DNA of 62,957 nucleotides, filler included, from Globobulimina sp. (lineage: Eukaryota), in the NCBI GenBank assembly GCA_003354225.1. It is 52 parts of 52 records of this genome, joined end to end, with 100 filler letters (N's around TTAATTAATTAA, not from the genome) between each part and the next. Parts side by side here need not be neighbours in the genome. Positions count along the whole stretch, not along the records: positions 1 to 1,114 come from PIVH01023154.1; positions 1,215 to 2,328 come from PIVH01023155.1; positions 2,429 to 3,542 come from PIVH01023156.1; positions 3,643 to 4,756 come from PIVH01023157.1; positions 4,857 to 5,969 come from PIVH01023158.1; positions 6,070 to 7,182 come from PIVH01023159.1; positions 7,283 to 8,395 come from PIVH01023160.1; positions 8,496 to 9,608 come from PIVH01023161.1; 44 more parts are not named here. One strand, 5' to 3'. A program made the translations under genes and the position numbers. Within the stretch, counting starts at the first letter, position 1. Each line of letters begins with the position of its first letter. Positions 1 through 12,484 of this stretch are shown one piece after another. Below the pieces are notes generated by a model, which was not told the origin of the DNA, did not search any database, and worked only from the letters and a program-made list of their open reading frames with translations.

Positions 1-2
1 CT

Positions 3-1114
3 AAGAAAAAAACCAAAAAAAAGAATAATATCTTACCAAATCGAGGCGCAAACAACAAGAATGATATACTATTTGTCGACAAATATGCCCCGGTGAGCTC
101 CGGTGATTTGATAGGAAATAATAAGTGCATCAAAGATCTGCGACAATTTCTAATCCGATGGGACTCGATAAAAAACAAAGGAATTCGCGGTAAGGATGGC
201 GTAAAAAAAGGTATTTTATTATCAGGTCAACCGGGCATTGGTAAGACCTCTGCCATCAATGTGGTTGCCAGAGAATTGGACTTCGATGTGATTGAATTTA
301 ATGCCTCGGACACGCGGAGTAAAAAGGCATTGAAAAACGTCATTGAACAGTCCTTAAACAACAGCAGAATGACGGATTTCTTTGGCGCTGCGACGAAGAA
401 TAAAAACAAAAATAAAAATAGCAACAACAATGCAAAACTGTTAACTGCGAAGCAGAAGAAAAGGAACTTAATAATCATGGACGAAGTGGATGGAATGTCC
501 TCCGGTGACCGCGGGGGTGTACAAGAGCTCATTTCTTGCATTGATAAATCCAAAATACCCATCATTTGCATCTGTAATGACCGGAGTAGCCCTAAAATAC
601 GCACCTTAGGCACGTACTGTTTAGATTTGCGATTTAGGAAACCCACCGCCGCTCAAATCACAAATAGATTGTACAACATCGCTCGCAACGAAGGCTTCCA
701 ATGTGATATGCCCACAATTCAGAAATTAGCAGATGGCACCAATGGGGATATCCGACAAATGTTACATTTGCTGCAGTTTTGGAGCAATTCATACGGTTCG
801 AAAAATTTGACCTTTAGCGATATAAAAAATAAATTGCAAAGTACCAATCGAAAAGATCTAACCGTTGGTCCTTGGGATGTGGTGCCGAAATTATTCTATT
901 CCAACACGCCGATTTTGAAAGGTCTGCAGTATTATTTTGTGGATTATTCATTGATTCCATTGATGATTCAGGAGAATTATTTGAATTTAAATCGGAAACC
1001 AATGTGGTCCAAAAAGGAATTACTTCACATTTCCAAGGCATCGTTGAGTATATCGGATGGTGACATCATTGATCATAATATACGTACATCGCAGCAATAT
1101 GCCGCCTTGCCGTA
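3..1114 (+). CDS. RFC1: Replication factor C subunit 1 (partial)
   Basis: LFVDKYAP, Walker A GQPGIGKT, EFNASDTRSK, MDEVDGMSSGDRGG, PIICICND, GDIRQ, IQENYL. Confidence 0.95.
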
Positions 1115-1214
1115 NNNNNNNNNNNNNNNNNNNNNNNNNNNNNNNNNNNNNNNNNNNNTTAATTAATTAANNNNNNNNNNNNNNNNNNNNNNNNNNNNNN
1201 NNNNNNNNNNNNNN
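1115..1214. other. Artificial contig spacer (44 N + TTAATTAATTAA + 44 N); recurs 51 times between 1112-1114 bp contigs
   Basis: Identical linker every ~1213 bp with stops in all six frames; contig lengths fall 1114, 1113, 1112, i.e. a length-sorted concatenation. Confidence 0.99.
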
Positions 1215-2326
1215 CAAATTTTCATTGTCTTTATAAATTTTAGCAGTACTGCCAACACACTCCACGCTAACTAAATACTGTGGATCCAGGCTATGCGCCA
1301 TCGAATGAGTGTATAGAACAGTTCGGACGCCAGCAAACTTAACAAAGTCATATCCCGTGGTTCTCATTGTGAGATGGTAAGAATTACCACAATTAGACAC
1401 GTCACAATCGAGATTCGTTGCGCGAAACATAGGTCCCACAGAATCTCCAGAGCTTACACAAATATTTACATAGTTGAGATTTGTAGTATCATTGTATACG
1501 TTTTTCAGTAACAACGGATATCGCATACACATATCAACGATATAGATAGTTGGTAGCATACAGTAAATTAATTAACATTTCTAGTTTATAGTCGGTCCAA
1601 AGCAATGATGCCGGATCTTTCTCCCCCATCCATGCTATTATTCCCGTGCTGGCAGGAGTTATTTCGTTCTGTCTAATACTACAATCTCCACCGATTGCCG
1701 CACCGCCCATTCCCCAGCCCCAACTCCCACCAATACGTGTCGCCCACCTGTCGTCCCAATCGCAAATATAATTCCTTCAAACATAGCATATACCGGCAAG
1801 TTATAATGAAAGTATATAAGTAAAAAATAAAAAAAATAGTGTACCAGAATGTGGTTTCGGGTGAATTTGCTGTAGTGACTACTAAATTTCTTATCGTAGC
1901 ACCAAAGTCGCCGTCCCAATCACTGCCTAAATTAATAGCTTGGTTCATTACAATCGGATGTGATACCGCACGCCCAGCTATTTCTACGGTGTAATCGTAT
2001 ATTTCTTCATATTCATAATTGCCACCAAATGTAACTTTAAAGCCTCGCTGCGTTTGAGACAAAGTATAATGATATTCAGTGTCCAATTCATACCCCGATG
2101 TTGTTGTCGATTGTTCCGGATTCGATGTCGTCACTGTGGCAAAACTGGAGATGACATTCTGTTGTTATTTAATATGAAAAAACAGCATTATAATATTATA
2201 TATGTACCACATAGTCATAGTACATACGTGTGTGGCTCCGTCAATATATATCGCGGGATATTTCTGTGCGGCACTGTCCCCAAATTGTAATATATTGCCC
2301 CAACCAGTTGGCCACGAAGTAAATGT
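1215..2326 (-). CDS. Multi-exon extracellular protein with concanavalin/LamG-like beta-sandwich domains (partial)
   Basis: Spliced reading TFTSWPTGWGNILQFG..KYPAIYI / ..ATIRNLVV / ..LWTDYKLE / ..GPMFRA..VECVGSTAKIY; about three GT-AG introns join the ORF pieces. Confidence 0.5.
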
Positions 2327-2428
2327 GANNNNNNNNNNNNNNNNNNNNNNNNNNNNNNNNNNNNNNNNNNNNTTAATTAATTAANNNNNNNNNNNNNNNN
2401 NNNNNNNNNNNNNNNNNNNNNNNNNNNN

Positions 2429-3287
2429 GAAATAGATGAAAGGATTCAAGACAAATTAAAGAAGTGGAAAAAATCCAAGAGTTTAAATGAACGCAAGGGA
2501 GAAATTATAGGTTTATTTATTTGTTGCGCAGTGTTACAAATATTCGTTGTTGGTATTTTAAGAAATTCAGTGTTTGGAAGTATGTACAATGTCATAATAT
2601 ATGTACGTTATATGTCATATAATAATTATTAAATTTAATTATATTTTAATTGTAGGTGAAGTGCCATTTGGTGCCAAGATTTTTTGTTTATGGATGAATA
2701 TATGTGATTCAACGATGCTCGCTGTTTTTTTAGTTTGTGTGACCAGCGCAATCACACATTTTTCGTTTCCAACATTAATTATGAACGAATTATCACAACA
2801 AATTAACTGTAGAACTGTCGGAGAATTGATTAAATGGTGGGAATTAAGGAAATGTTATTTATTTTGTATTATTGATATTCATGGGGCAGGAATCTCTGGT
2901 ATGATTCTTTCGACATTGGTGGGGGACATGGCGGGGATTATCACATTTTTGGGCTTTTATTATGCTGATCAACAAGAAACCGCATTGTTACTCTTATTGG
3001 TAATATTAATTGTTTTCGCATTCTCTGCCACATTTACAGCTGTTGGATATGCAGTGAATTTTCACAATAATCAATTAAATCATGTTCAAATGATCAATAA
3101 AGAGAAATTAAAATTGCTTAGTGATAAAAATACGTTTAAGGATAAAATAATTGAAGGGATTGAATTCGATGTAAAAGAAAATAGTCATCCTTTTAATGTA
3201 TTAGGCGTGCGATTAACGTCAACATTCAGGTTATTCCTTCAATCAACAGCAGCTACAATTGCTTTGGCCTTTGTTTTTAGTGGATAA
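2429..3287 (+). CDS. Multi-pass membrane protein, C-terminus like 7TM ionotropic/gustatory-receptor-like (7TMIC/DUF3537) proteins; intron 2580-2655
   Basis: Hydrophobic helices; frame kept across the GTATGT..TAG intron; ends HPFNVLGVRLTSTFRLFLQSTAATIALAFV. Confidence 0.5.
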
Positions 3288-5165
3288 AGTGTGCGTGTTT
3301 TTGTGTGTGATATAAATTTATGTAATTATGTATAAATCAGTTAATTTAATTTCCGATTTGACAAACAACACAAGCTTTGGTTGAAAAAATCAAAAGTGTC
3401 AGATTTATGTTGTTTGTCATCTTAAAATATTGACAAATATAAATAAATACAAAATGTGGAGTTGTTTTATTATGAACCAAAATAAGCAGCAATGCAAACT
3501 GTTAAAACAGATGCTCTTAAAAACAACAAAAATTCGCTTTTCNNNNNNNNNNNNNNNNNNNNNNNNNNNNNNNNNNNNNNNNNNNNTTAATTAATTAANN
3601 NNNNNNNNNNNNNNNNNNNNNNNNNNNNNNNNNNNNNNNNNNCATTATGAAATATTTTGAAAATGATTGCTAGGCATAGAATGCATTGACGTTTAGCGGT
3701 CCCATTGTAACATTGGTATTACATTTAATATGCTTTGATTCTCTTCAGGAAGACCATCACTGTTAGAAATGCATGATCGTAACGACATTAACAAACCAAA
3801 TTTAGTGGTCTTGAAAACTACATCGGTGTCGCTATTATGACCCAATTGTAAAACCAAAAGCTCCCACAAAGATGTCATGTAGCCATAGATTAAAACCAGC
3901 TTACATAAATCTTCTTCACAACGACCAATATTATAACGACGAAATCACAATGATAAATGTATTGTATCATATATGTGATATTTTATAGACAAAGAAAACA
4001 TGTTACTGAATTTTGTTATGTATAAACAATCTCTGAGTCTGAATTAAATACCTGTACAAGTCAAGCACAACAAATAGGGACCAAAAAAACACAAAAAAAA
4101 TAATTATAAGTTTTATAATTTCTGAATAGATAAAGTGTCATGACAAACATTAAAAGCATGATGAAAGATTATTTTTAATTGCCATCCTTTGTCCATATGG
4201 TTCCTTTTCATATTCCTTTAACTTATTCCATGCCACAGATTTTAACATTCACCTCAACCGGTTCGTGTCCCTATGCCCTGTTCGGATATATTAAACTGTA
4301 TATTGTGTATTATATATTTACTTCAAAGCAAAATAAAAAAACGCAAATAGATCAAAACCAAAAAACAAAGAATCAGATTGGTTTAAAGTGCCCACTAAAA
4401 GAACACTTCTCATCAATAAACATTCTGCGCAGATCTTGGTTTATTAATCATCAAAATAGAGACATAGATAAAACATTACATACAACATACAATTGATACA
4501 ATATAGTTAATCGATTCCCCTTCATCAAAAACCTAAATATTAATATTATTCATCTATTTTTAGACATTAACAGCAAAAAACAATCACGTAGAAAACAAGT
4601 TTGCTGCAAAAATAAGCAAATCAGTTAGAATTTATTGCTTTCCACATTTTAATTAGTATCATTTCAGTTCAAGTAGAAGGGAATTAGTATCATCAGAGAA
4701 ATATTTAATTGAATACATAAATAAATAGAAAATACATACCCTCATTAACTTACTCCNNNNNNNNNNNNNNNNNNNNNNNNNNNNNNNNNNNNNNNNNNNN
4801 TTAATTAATTAANNNNNNNNNNNNNNNNNNNNNNNNNNNNNNNNNNNNNNNNNNNNAGACTAAGTCAGCTCAAAGTACTTCAAAGTAGATGGTCAAATTA
4901 TGTGTGAAAACTAGTGTCTGAAAACTACTTTCAATCCAAACAGAAAATCAGACAGGTTGTTTGTTGCATAATATCAACCATGAACACAATCTTATCAGTA
5001 GCTTATATTTATTATCGCATCGTTTATGCGCACTCAATGGAATCTCCATCTGATACTGATACAGAAACACAACACGATCATGACATACCATGTGTTTTAG
5101 TTATCATTTTTTGCAGTACGTATATTATGGCATTTCTGTTATATACATTATCGAAACAGACCAAC

Positions 5166-5969
5166 ATGACGCAAATAATATCATTTACCTTATTCTCATT
5201 GTTATTCGCCAGGACATCTGCAGCGACATTAGATACAACTTTAGTAGGCGGGGTTAGCGGGAATGGTGCGGCGGGAAATATGTTTGACTTATGCGCTAAA
5301 ACAAACTTAGAAATAACATCCCTTGATATAAATTGTGCTGCCACTGGTTTAGATACAGTCGAAATATATATAGCAACCGCAATAAATGAACCGTATGCCC
5401 CGATCTTCAGCGATTCATCCGCATGGACGTTAATTCACCAACAAGCTGCCACATGTCAACCAGTGGGCACATTAACAGTGTTGAATGCATTTAATATCAA
5501 CACCATACCCGCACTGATCAACAATGGCGACTGTAGAGGTTTCTATGTCACGCTGACTACGGACAGTCTCAAGTACACAAATGGCGTTTCTGTTGGAAGT
5601 ATTTTTGCTTCAAACGCGGATTTGGATTTTAAAGAAGGAGCTGGTTTAGAATATCCTTTCGGGAATACATATACACCGCGAGTCTGGAATGGCAGAATAC
5701 ATTACAATGCAGGTACTTACGCACCAACGTTACCAACAACAAATCCCACTCAACAGCCAACCACTTCAATTTCATTATGCGCAACAACTCCATATCCCAC
5801 ATGGTGTTATTATGTTGATTTATATCCAACACATTCAGACACCACAACAACAGTCAATATAACCGACATAGATAGAGCTTCTGACGTATATTTTAATATA
5901 GTATTTACTCCACGAGGACAATTATGCATTGATCCATCAATCACTTTTGAATATGAACAAATTGATATA
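5166..5969 (+). CDS. Secreted protein with GNG..GNMFD...PRVWNG.I.Y domain followed by PT repeats (partial)
   Basis: Signal peptide MTQIISFTLFSLLFARTSA; domain motifs; APTLPTTNPTQQPT linker. Confidence 0.7.
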
Positions 5970-6069
5970 NNNNNNNNNNNNNNNNNNNNNNNNNNNNNNN
6001 NNNNNNNNNNNNNTTAATTAATTAANNNNNNNNNNNNNNNNNNNNNNNNNNNNNNNNNNNNNNNNNNNN

Positions 6070-7182
6070 TTTGAGGTTTTTAATGGCGTTCAATTTATCA
6101 GTGATCACATAATCAATGATGGAGCCTCCTGTATGTGCAGTATCTTTGGAAAGGCAAGTCAAGAAATATGGCGCGAATATTGGGTTAGCAATGCGGAGAT
6201 TGGTGCTGTTAAGAAGGGACTTCATGTGCCTATAGTGCGCGTTTGTGTTATGATCTGTGGTTTCAGCGCCCAATCTGGCGTTGAAATCGCCAATTACAAA
6301 TACATTTTCGTAGTCTGGTTTGAATCGGATGATGTCTGCAGATAATGCGCGATAGAATTTATCACTGCGTTCGGCTAATTGAGAGTGATACGGTCGTATG
6401 TAGTTTATTGAGAGGTAGGTTGGCTTCGGTTGAGATACGAAATCAATTGAGAGCCAGACTGTATTCATCCCTCTCGTTTTCTGTATATAATGAATGTTGT
6501 TTTTTAGATGTCTTTTTTTGTATATTATTATGCCGCCAATGTGGGAGAGATTGTTGGAGTGTGTGGGGGGTTTATGGGCAATTAAAGTGTAGCCTGGGAG
6601 TTTCCATTTAGGTCTCGCTATGCATCGGGTATCAATCAAGCATATAATATCTAGTTTATGGTGCACCACTAACTGTTGCATGTATGGGTGTACGTGTTGG
6701 GTTTTATATTTGGTGTTGCCGTTTATATTTAGGAACCCAATGGTTAGGTTTTTGAGCGATATTTTGGTTGCAACGATGGGTTCAACTTTTGGGGCATACA
6801 TTTGGAGGAAGGGGAATTTTTGGATGATGTTGGGGAGATCATCCTGTTTAAACATGTCATTATTGAGATGACACTGTATGATTTTATGGATCAGATATTT
6901 TTTATACTTTTTTAGGTTAATTTGATTGGATTTGTAATGGGAGACAGCATATTTGAAGAGTTGGTTGAGGGATAATATTGCATTATTTTTCATGTTATTT
7001 ATATGGCGGGCACGGTGTATTCGGTGCAAGTTTGTGCAGTTGAAACGTTGGATGGATTGCCAGTGAGATATTATGTTTCTCGCTTGTTTATCTTCTGGCA
7101 CATTCCAGCGTATGTGATATTTGTTTTGTTTGATGGATTGTTGGATGGTGGCATCCCCATCAACATAATTAAACTTATTGAT
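6070..7182 (-). mobile_element. Non-LTR retrotransposon APE-type endonuclease region
   Basis: IGFLNING, DIICLIDT, GGIIIY, INYIRP, VIGDFNAR, SIIDYVI. Confidence 0.85.
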
Positions 7183-7444
7183 NNNNNNNNNNNNNNNNNN
7201 NNNNNNNNNNNNNNNNNNNNNNNNNNTTAATTAATTAANNNNNNNNNNNNNNNNNNNNNNNNNNNNNNNNNNNNNNNNNNNNGCAAAAATAATTAACACA
7301 TTCAGGCATCAAACAAAAAATAAGAAAAATCATTTGAAATTTCAAAAAATAACTACGAGAAGAAATGAACGCACAACACAAACAAACTGGTTTTTGATGA
7401 TTGGAACGATTGAAATTAAATTAATATTTGTCTAAAAAACTAAC

Positions 7445-7540
7445 ATTACCCAAATTTAAAAAATATTTTTTTTAAGCAATTGCCAACGGATACATTCACC
7501 ATTAACAATTGCTTAAAAAAATACTTTTAAATCTGGTAAT
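7445..7540. repeat. Imperfect inverted repeat with ~36-bp arms (MITE/foldback-like)
   Basis: attacccaaatttaaaaaatattttttttaagcaattg ... caattgcttaaaaaaatacttttaaatctggtaat. Confidence 0.8.
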
Positions 7541-8189
7541 ATGGAAAAAATAAAACTATAAATAAGTAATATGAGTCATTTATGCATATTTTCATATTTA
7601 ACATGGTGTAGTAACTGTAAATTCGTCATCACCACAAACTACAAATTCATCATTAATTGTTTCCGACAACGATTTAGCTGGAACCAGTCCTAAATTTTGA
7701 AAATTAATATTATTGCTTTGAATCGGTGATATATTTGAACGTAAATCTTCTTCATCACATTCATTTTTATCATTTGCATACTTCTCAACTGTTACCACAA
7801 TACCATCAAATGCCGCTGTTTCCTCTATAGTGATTTTCATATATTTCCGCACAGATTTTGTGATAAAATTAAATGTATACAACACAAACCTGATAAGGCG
7901 AACATATCATTAGGAACAAAATCAATATTTGCTAATTGCACGGGTCTCAAAGCAGGCGATAATCTGTTTAATGACGGCGATATTCGCGCAGCTGTAATAA
8001 TGCGTAATTTCGATATCGATGATGATTTATGATTGGAGTTACTACAAAATACAATTGCAAAACAACAGATTGATATTATGAGACCAGAAAATATTCCAAT
8101 CAAGGGATTGAAATTCATTATTTGAATGTGTATGTTCCATAAATTGTTGAATGTCTTGATCAGTTACATGGTTGGGCTTTCGATTGGTG

Positions 8190-8395
8190 TTCACCTCCTG
8201 AACCTGCATAAATGTGTCCCTCACCATCTATCGCAAAAGCAATTACATTTGCAGTGATTGATAGAACGGCCTCCCAGTTTTCAGTATTTGCTAGCTTACG
8301 ATATATATTATTAAATCCTCCAGTTCCTACGAAAATATCATCATTACTATTAAGTATCATGGAATAGACAATAACTTCAGGCAGCCCTATATGCA
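8190..8395 (-). CDS. Bacterial-type beta-propeller (BNR/regulator-propeller-like) repeat fragment at contig end
   Basis: IGLPEVIVYSMILNSNDDIFVGTGG..IYR..WE..AFAIDGEGHIYAGS; similarity stops abruptly. Confidence 0.55.
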
Positions 8396-8495
8396 NNNNN
8401 NNNNNNNNNNNNNNNNNNNNNNNNNNNNNNNNNNNNNNNTTAATTAATTAANNNNNNNNNNNNNNNNNNNNNNNNNNNNNNNNNNNNNNNNNNNN

Positions 8496-8672
8496 TAAAT
8501 GCATTCCCGATGCCACAGATATATTAAATGCATTCCCGATGCCAATCCCACTTCTTACAGATATATTAAATGCATTCCCGATGCCAATCTCACTTCTTAC
8601 AGCTATATTAAATGCATTCCCGATGCCAATCCCACTTCTTACAGATATATTAAATGCATTCCCGATGCCAAT
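8496..8672. repeat. 42-bp tandem repeat, about 4 copies, truncated by contig start
   Basis: Unit atatattaaatgcattcccgatgccaatcccacttcttacag. Confidence 0.95.
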
Positions 8673-8906
8673 CACATTGTGGCGATCGGACTTTTTTTTG
8701 AGAACTAAAGCGAACCAAAAAATAAGGTGACTTTGACACCTAGCTCTTCCACCAAGCCAATACTCGGCACTGATGATCCTTGATATATATAGAAAGCTGT
8801 TTTAACGTTTAAACTCAAAACAGAAAAGTCAAAAATAATCATCACCATTGTATAATTATCGTCATTTTTAGTGAGAATTTTCAGTAAGTAACTGACATTT
8901 ATCGTC

Positions 8907-9608
8907 ATGAATGTCACAATTTCACAGTTTGTCACCTATAATGCACAAACCAAGCTATTCAATATCACCAGGTCCAAATGTCAATTGAACGCGCAAAGTA
9001 ACTTCGCCAAATCGCTACAAAGTAAGTCAATCAATACACAACGCAAAGCAACATTGCAACAACTACAAGAATATTACGATAAACATGGTACGCATAAACC
9101 GCGCAAATATAAAAACGTTAAAATAAATATAGACTATGCAACAATTGAAGAGATAATTGCAGCGTTTAAAGTATTTATATTGGCACATCAACAAAATTTA
9201 ATTGAAAATATAAAAATAAATATAGATTGCAAGAAACAAAAATCAATCAAAAAAGCTATACAAAAATATGAAAAATTTATAAAAACGTTTAAATATATTC
9301 CATCCACACCAGCACCATCAATGACTCCCTCAATGACTCCATTAAGGACACCATTACGTACGCTACAGTTCAACACACCAATATGTACACCGTTTGAGTC
9401 TTGTAATGATGAAACAACGCAACCACTAAACAAGAAAAGAAAATATACGGAAAGTGAAAATTGCGGCATTATTAATACAATAACAAATATATTACAAACT
9501 CTGTTGCTTGCTATACTGCAGCCAATAATACGTGCAACACAAGCAAATAACCAATTATTGACGGAGATTCATGGTAAATTAGGTCCAATGAGTGACCGTG
9601 TTCACTCC
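8907..9608 (+). CDS. Hypothetical basic protein (partial)
   Basis: More than 230 codons open in AT-rich DNA; no recognised motif. Confidence 0.5.
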
Positions 9609-9848
9609 NNNNNNNNNNNNNNNNNNNNNNNNNNNNNNNNNNNNNNNNNNNNTTAATTAATTAANNNNNNNNNNNNNNNNNNNNNNNNNNNNNNNNNNNN
9701 NNNNNNNNCGCGCAATTCATCGGTCTCCATCTGATATCTGTTATTCTCTTTTGTAAAAAGTTCAATCTGCTCTTCCACGGGGCCCCATTTATAGACACCC
9801 TATTTTTTATAATAAATATTTATATAATTATACAGTTACTGTATACTT

Positions 9849-10121
9849 TTATATATACTTAACGAGAGCAGCAATTATACTGAATACGATGGTACTCGCT
9901 AATACCAACATAAATGTAATCCAACCGTCAGCATTATCTATCTTCATGATAGAAAGTATTGTGCAGACAACGGCAAATAAACCAAATAATAAAAATAATG
10001 GCGAGATTAATTTCGTGAATTTAGCCAATTGCGCCATTTCTGCATCCACTACGATATCCTCATCATCATCATCATATTTACTTTCATGTCTTCCTGCTGA
10101 AGAGGGATTTGTAGTTTCCAT
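9849..10121 (-). CDS. Small membrane protein, first exon
   Basis: Acidic N-terminus, two hydrophobic helices, probable intron donor near 9858. Confidence 0.5.
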   Translation of the reverse strand: METTNPSSAGRHESKYDDDDEDIVVDAEMAQLAKFTKLISPLFLLFGLFAVVCTILSIMKIDNADGWITFMLVLASTIVFSIIAALVKYI

Positions 10122-10214
10122 GTTGAATGGGGAAAAGAGGGATTTTTTAACAAAATTTTAATCATGTCTGAATTTATAAAAATCATATTGGCACTTGTGT
10201 TTTTAAACGTTGCT

Positions 10215-10821
10215 CTATTGATATTTTGTACGAAATCTGTGTGGCATATCAATAAACATTGTACTCCAAAATGTAGCATTTACTGCTTTGTCTACAATTT
10301 GTAGCAACTTGTTTACTGCTAAGTCCTCATTTATATCCAAATGAAGACGATATTTAATAAATTGTGCATTATGTGGATCCATCATACTAATAACATCTAA
10401 TATTAACGGTGCCATTTCCCTCAATCGACAATAAACTAAAGTCATAAGTTTTTGAAATTCTTTATATTTCTGACTGTCATATCCGTCCATTACAGCAATC
10501 ATTTGTCGAATTACCCTGATTTTCGGACTAATTAAACTTTTCATTGTTGGTTCTTCACCATATATATAACCAAAATCAATATGAACTAAAAACACTTCAT
10601 TGGTTAACAGTATATTATCTAAATGACGATCTCCCACACCAAATAAATAAGTAATAACACAATACACCGATAACGACCTTACAAAACGATCCTGCAATAC
10701 AGAGAACACATCTCTTTTACCTTCTGCCATACTCTCAAAATACATACTTATATTGTTATTATATTTGCTCAAAATATTGTCAACAGTTGGTGCATTGGGA
10801 ATGAATTCCATTAAACCATGA
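10215..10821 (-). CDS. Phosphatidylinositol 3-kinase catalytic domain, Vps34-like (3' part)
   Basis: FVRSLSVYCVITYLFGVGDRHLDNILL, HIDFGYIYG. Confidence 0.9.
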
Positions 10822-11106
10822 NNNNNNNNNNNNNNNNNNNNNNNNNNNNNNNNNNNNNNNNNNNNTTAATTAATTAANNNNNNNNNNNNNNNNNNNNNNN
10901 NNNNNNNNNNNNNNNNNNNNNAAGAGCATGAGGACCTTTGTCCATAAGTGTTCTATTTTTTGTATCCTCGCACTCAGTGCACAATTTCCCTTTATGTGCG
11001 AGGATAGAAAAAAATAGAATACTTATGGACAAAGGTCCTCATGCTCTTAATCCTTTCTGCTTTGCTTGTTGTATAATCTCTTTATTATCAGACTTCGATA
11101 AACCAT

Positions 11107-11502
11107 TCATTCCGCTGGCGAATAAACATCATATCTCAATAATATTAAAAACAAATATTTGTGCCAAAATCCTTCATTTTGCATAAATGGCTCCATTTTA
11201 TCTCGTGCCTTATTTTCAATTTCCTCAGGACTTAACTCCTTTTTTTTAGTCGGCGCAGCAGCGATTTTCTTCTTTTTCTTTTTCTTCTTTTTATTGACAT
11301 TTTTTCTTCGCCCAACCAATTGCTCCAAATATTTTACTTTTGCTCCCATAACACAGCATTGCTTCGCTTCCAGCAAAAACTCATCGACCCAGTCCTCGTC
11401 TTCTTGATATGCGTCAAAATCTGACACACTGTAAATATGATATTTGTCCACCATCAAATCAATCTGCCAAACATCATAAAAGATGGCCACATGGTGCTGC
11501 AC
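11107..11502 (-). CDS. Hypothetical Lys-rich protein fragment
   Basis: 131-aa ORF with poly-Lys tract; upstream sequence looks unrelated. Confidence 0.4.
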   Translation of the reverse strand: MQHHVAIFYDVWQIDLMVDKYHIYSVSDFDAYQEDEDWVDEFLLEAKQCCVMGAKVKYLEQLVGRRKNVNKKKKKKKKKIAAAPTKKKELSPEEIENKARDKMEPFMQNEGFWHKYLFLILLRYDVYSPAE

Positions 11503-12484
11503 GTTGGGGAGCTATGAATGTTAATTCCCACTTAAATCCGATTAGCTAACTACAATAGGGGTTGAATCTGAAGGCCAGGGGTTAAATAGGATAAGAATTA
11601 TTGCTATTATGGCTACTACAGGTTGGCGTCAGATGTGCTTAATGCCGGATGAAATAGATGTGATCAATCATTTGGTTGCATACAAGGACGGATTAATGAT
11701 AGCTCCATCCAGACTCTCTTCGAAAGGCAGACTGCAGCTGGAAATGAATTTAATTCATTCATAGAGTTCTCTGCGGATCATTTCTTTATTGGTAATCATT
11801 TCATGAAACATAATAAATTCTACATATTCCACACCGGCACCACATACACCAGCATTGACCTGCAAACTCAACAAATTGCGGCTCACCCTATTCCATTGAA
11901 AAAAGGCCAAGAAATTGGCCGTGGTGGCAGATGTATTTGCAGCCAAGACGGCGGTACGGGCGCCTTCCGACTCCGCTCCAGCTGCAAACATATTATCTGC
12001 GACGACGGGAAAGTGAGTTGTCACGCATTTCCAGNNNNNNNNNNNNNNNNNNNNNNNNNNNNNNNNNNNNNNNNNNNNTTAATTAATTAANNNNNNNNNN
12101 NNNNNNNNNNNNNNNNNNNNNNNNNNNNNNNNNNAAAGATTTTTTAGCAAACGACAAGCCCTGCCACTACAAATGGCGACAGGTAACACTAAAATGTCTA
12201 GTGACCGTCAAATCAAATAATCCATAGAAATCATGTGGTGAGTTCCTGCCAAACCAAATATTAAATCTCCTAAAAGCAATTTGATTTTTTAATGATAGCA
12301 ACACGCAAAATATGAATATCAAACCAGACCGCTAAACCAAAGAGTTCCCACATGTACATCATAAATTTATCTACTTTTGAAGGAACTCACCCATATTCCA
12401 TGGATTAATTCCCACAGCAAAATGCATGACATTATAATATGATACCTAGGCCCCAAGGATCATGATTCAGATATCAATGATGCA

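Noticed and set aside
3643-4756. Short ORFs in an AT-rich contig
   Set aside because: No motif or consistent exon chain found
8496-8672. CRISPR-like repeat
   Set aside because: Intervening sequences are near-identical (pure tandem repeat); no cas genes
10215-10821. Possible giant-virus PI3K
   Set aside because: Vps34-like sequence next to an apparently intron-containing gene; no viral hallmark
11503-12034. Compositionally distinct segment with short ORFs
   Set aside because: No recognisable protein or RNA motif in any frame; possibly chimeric
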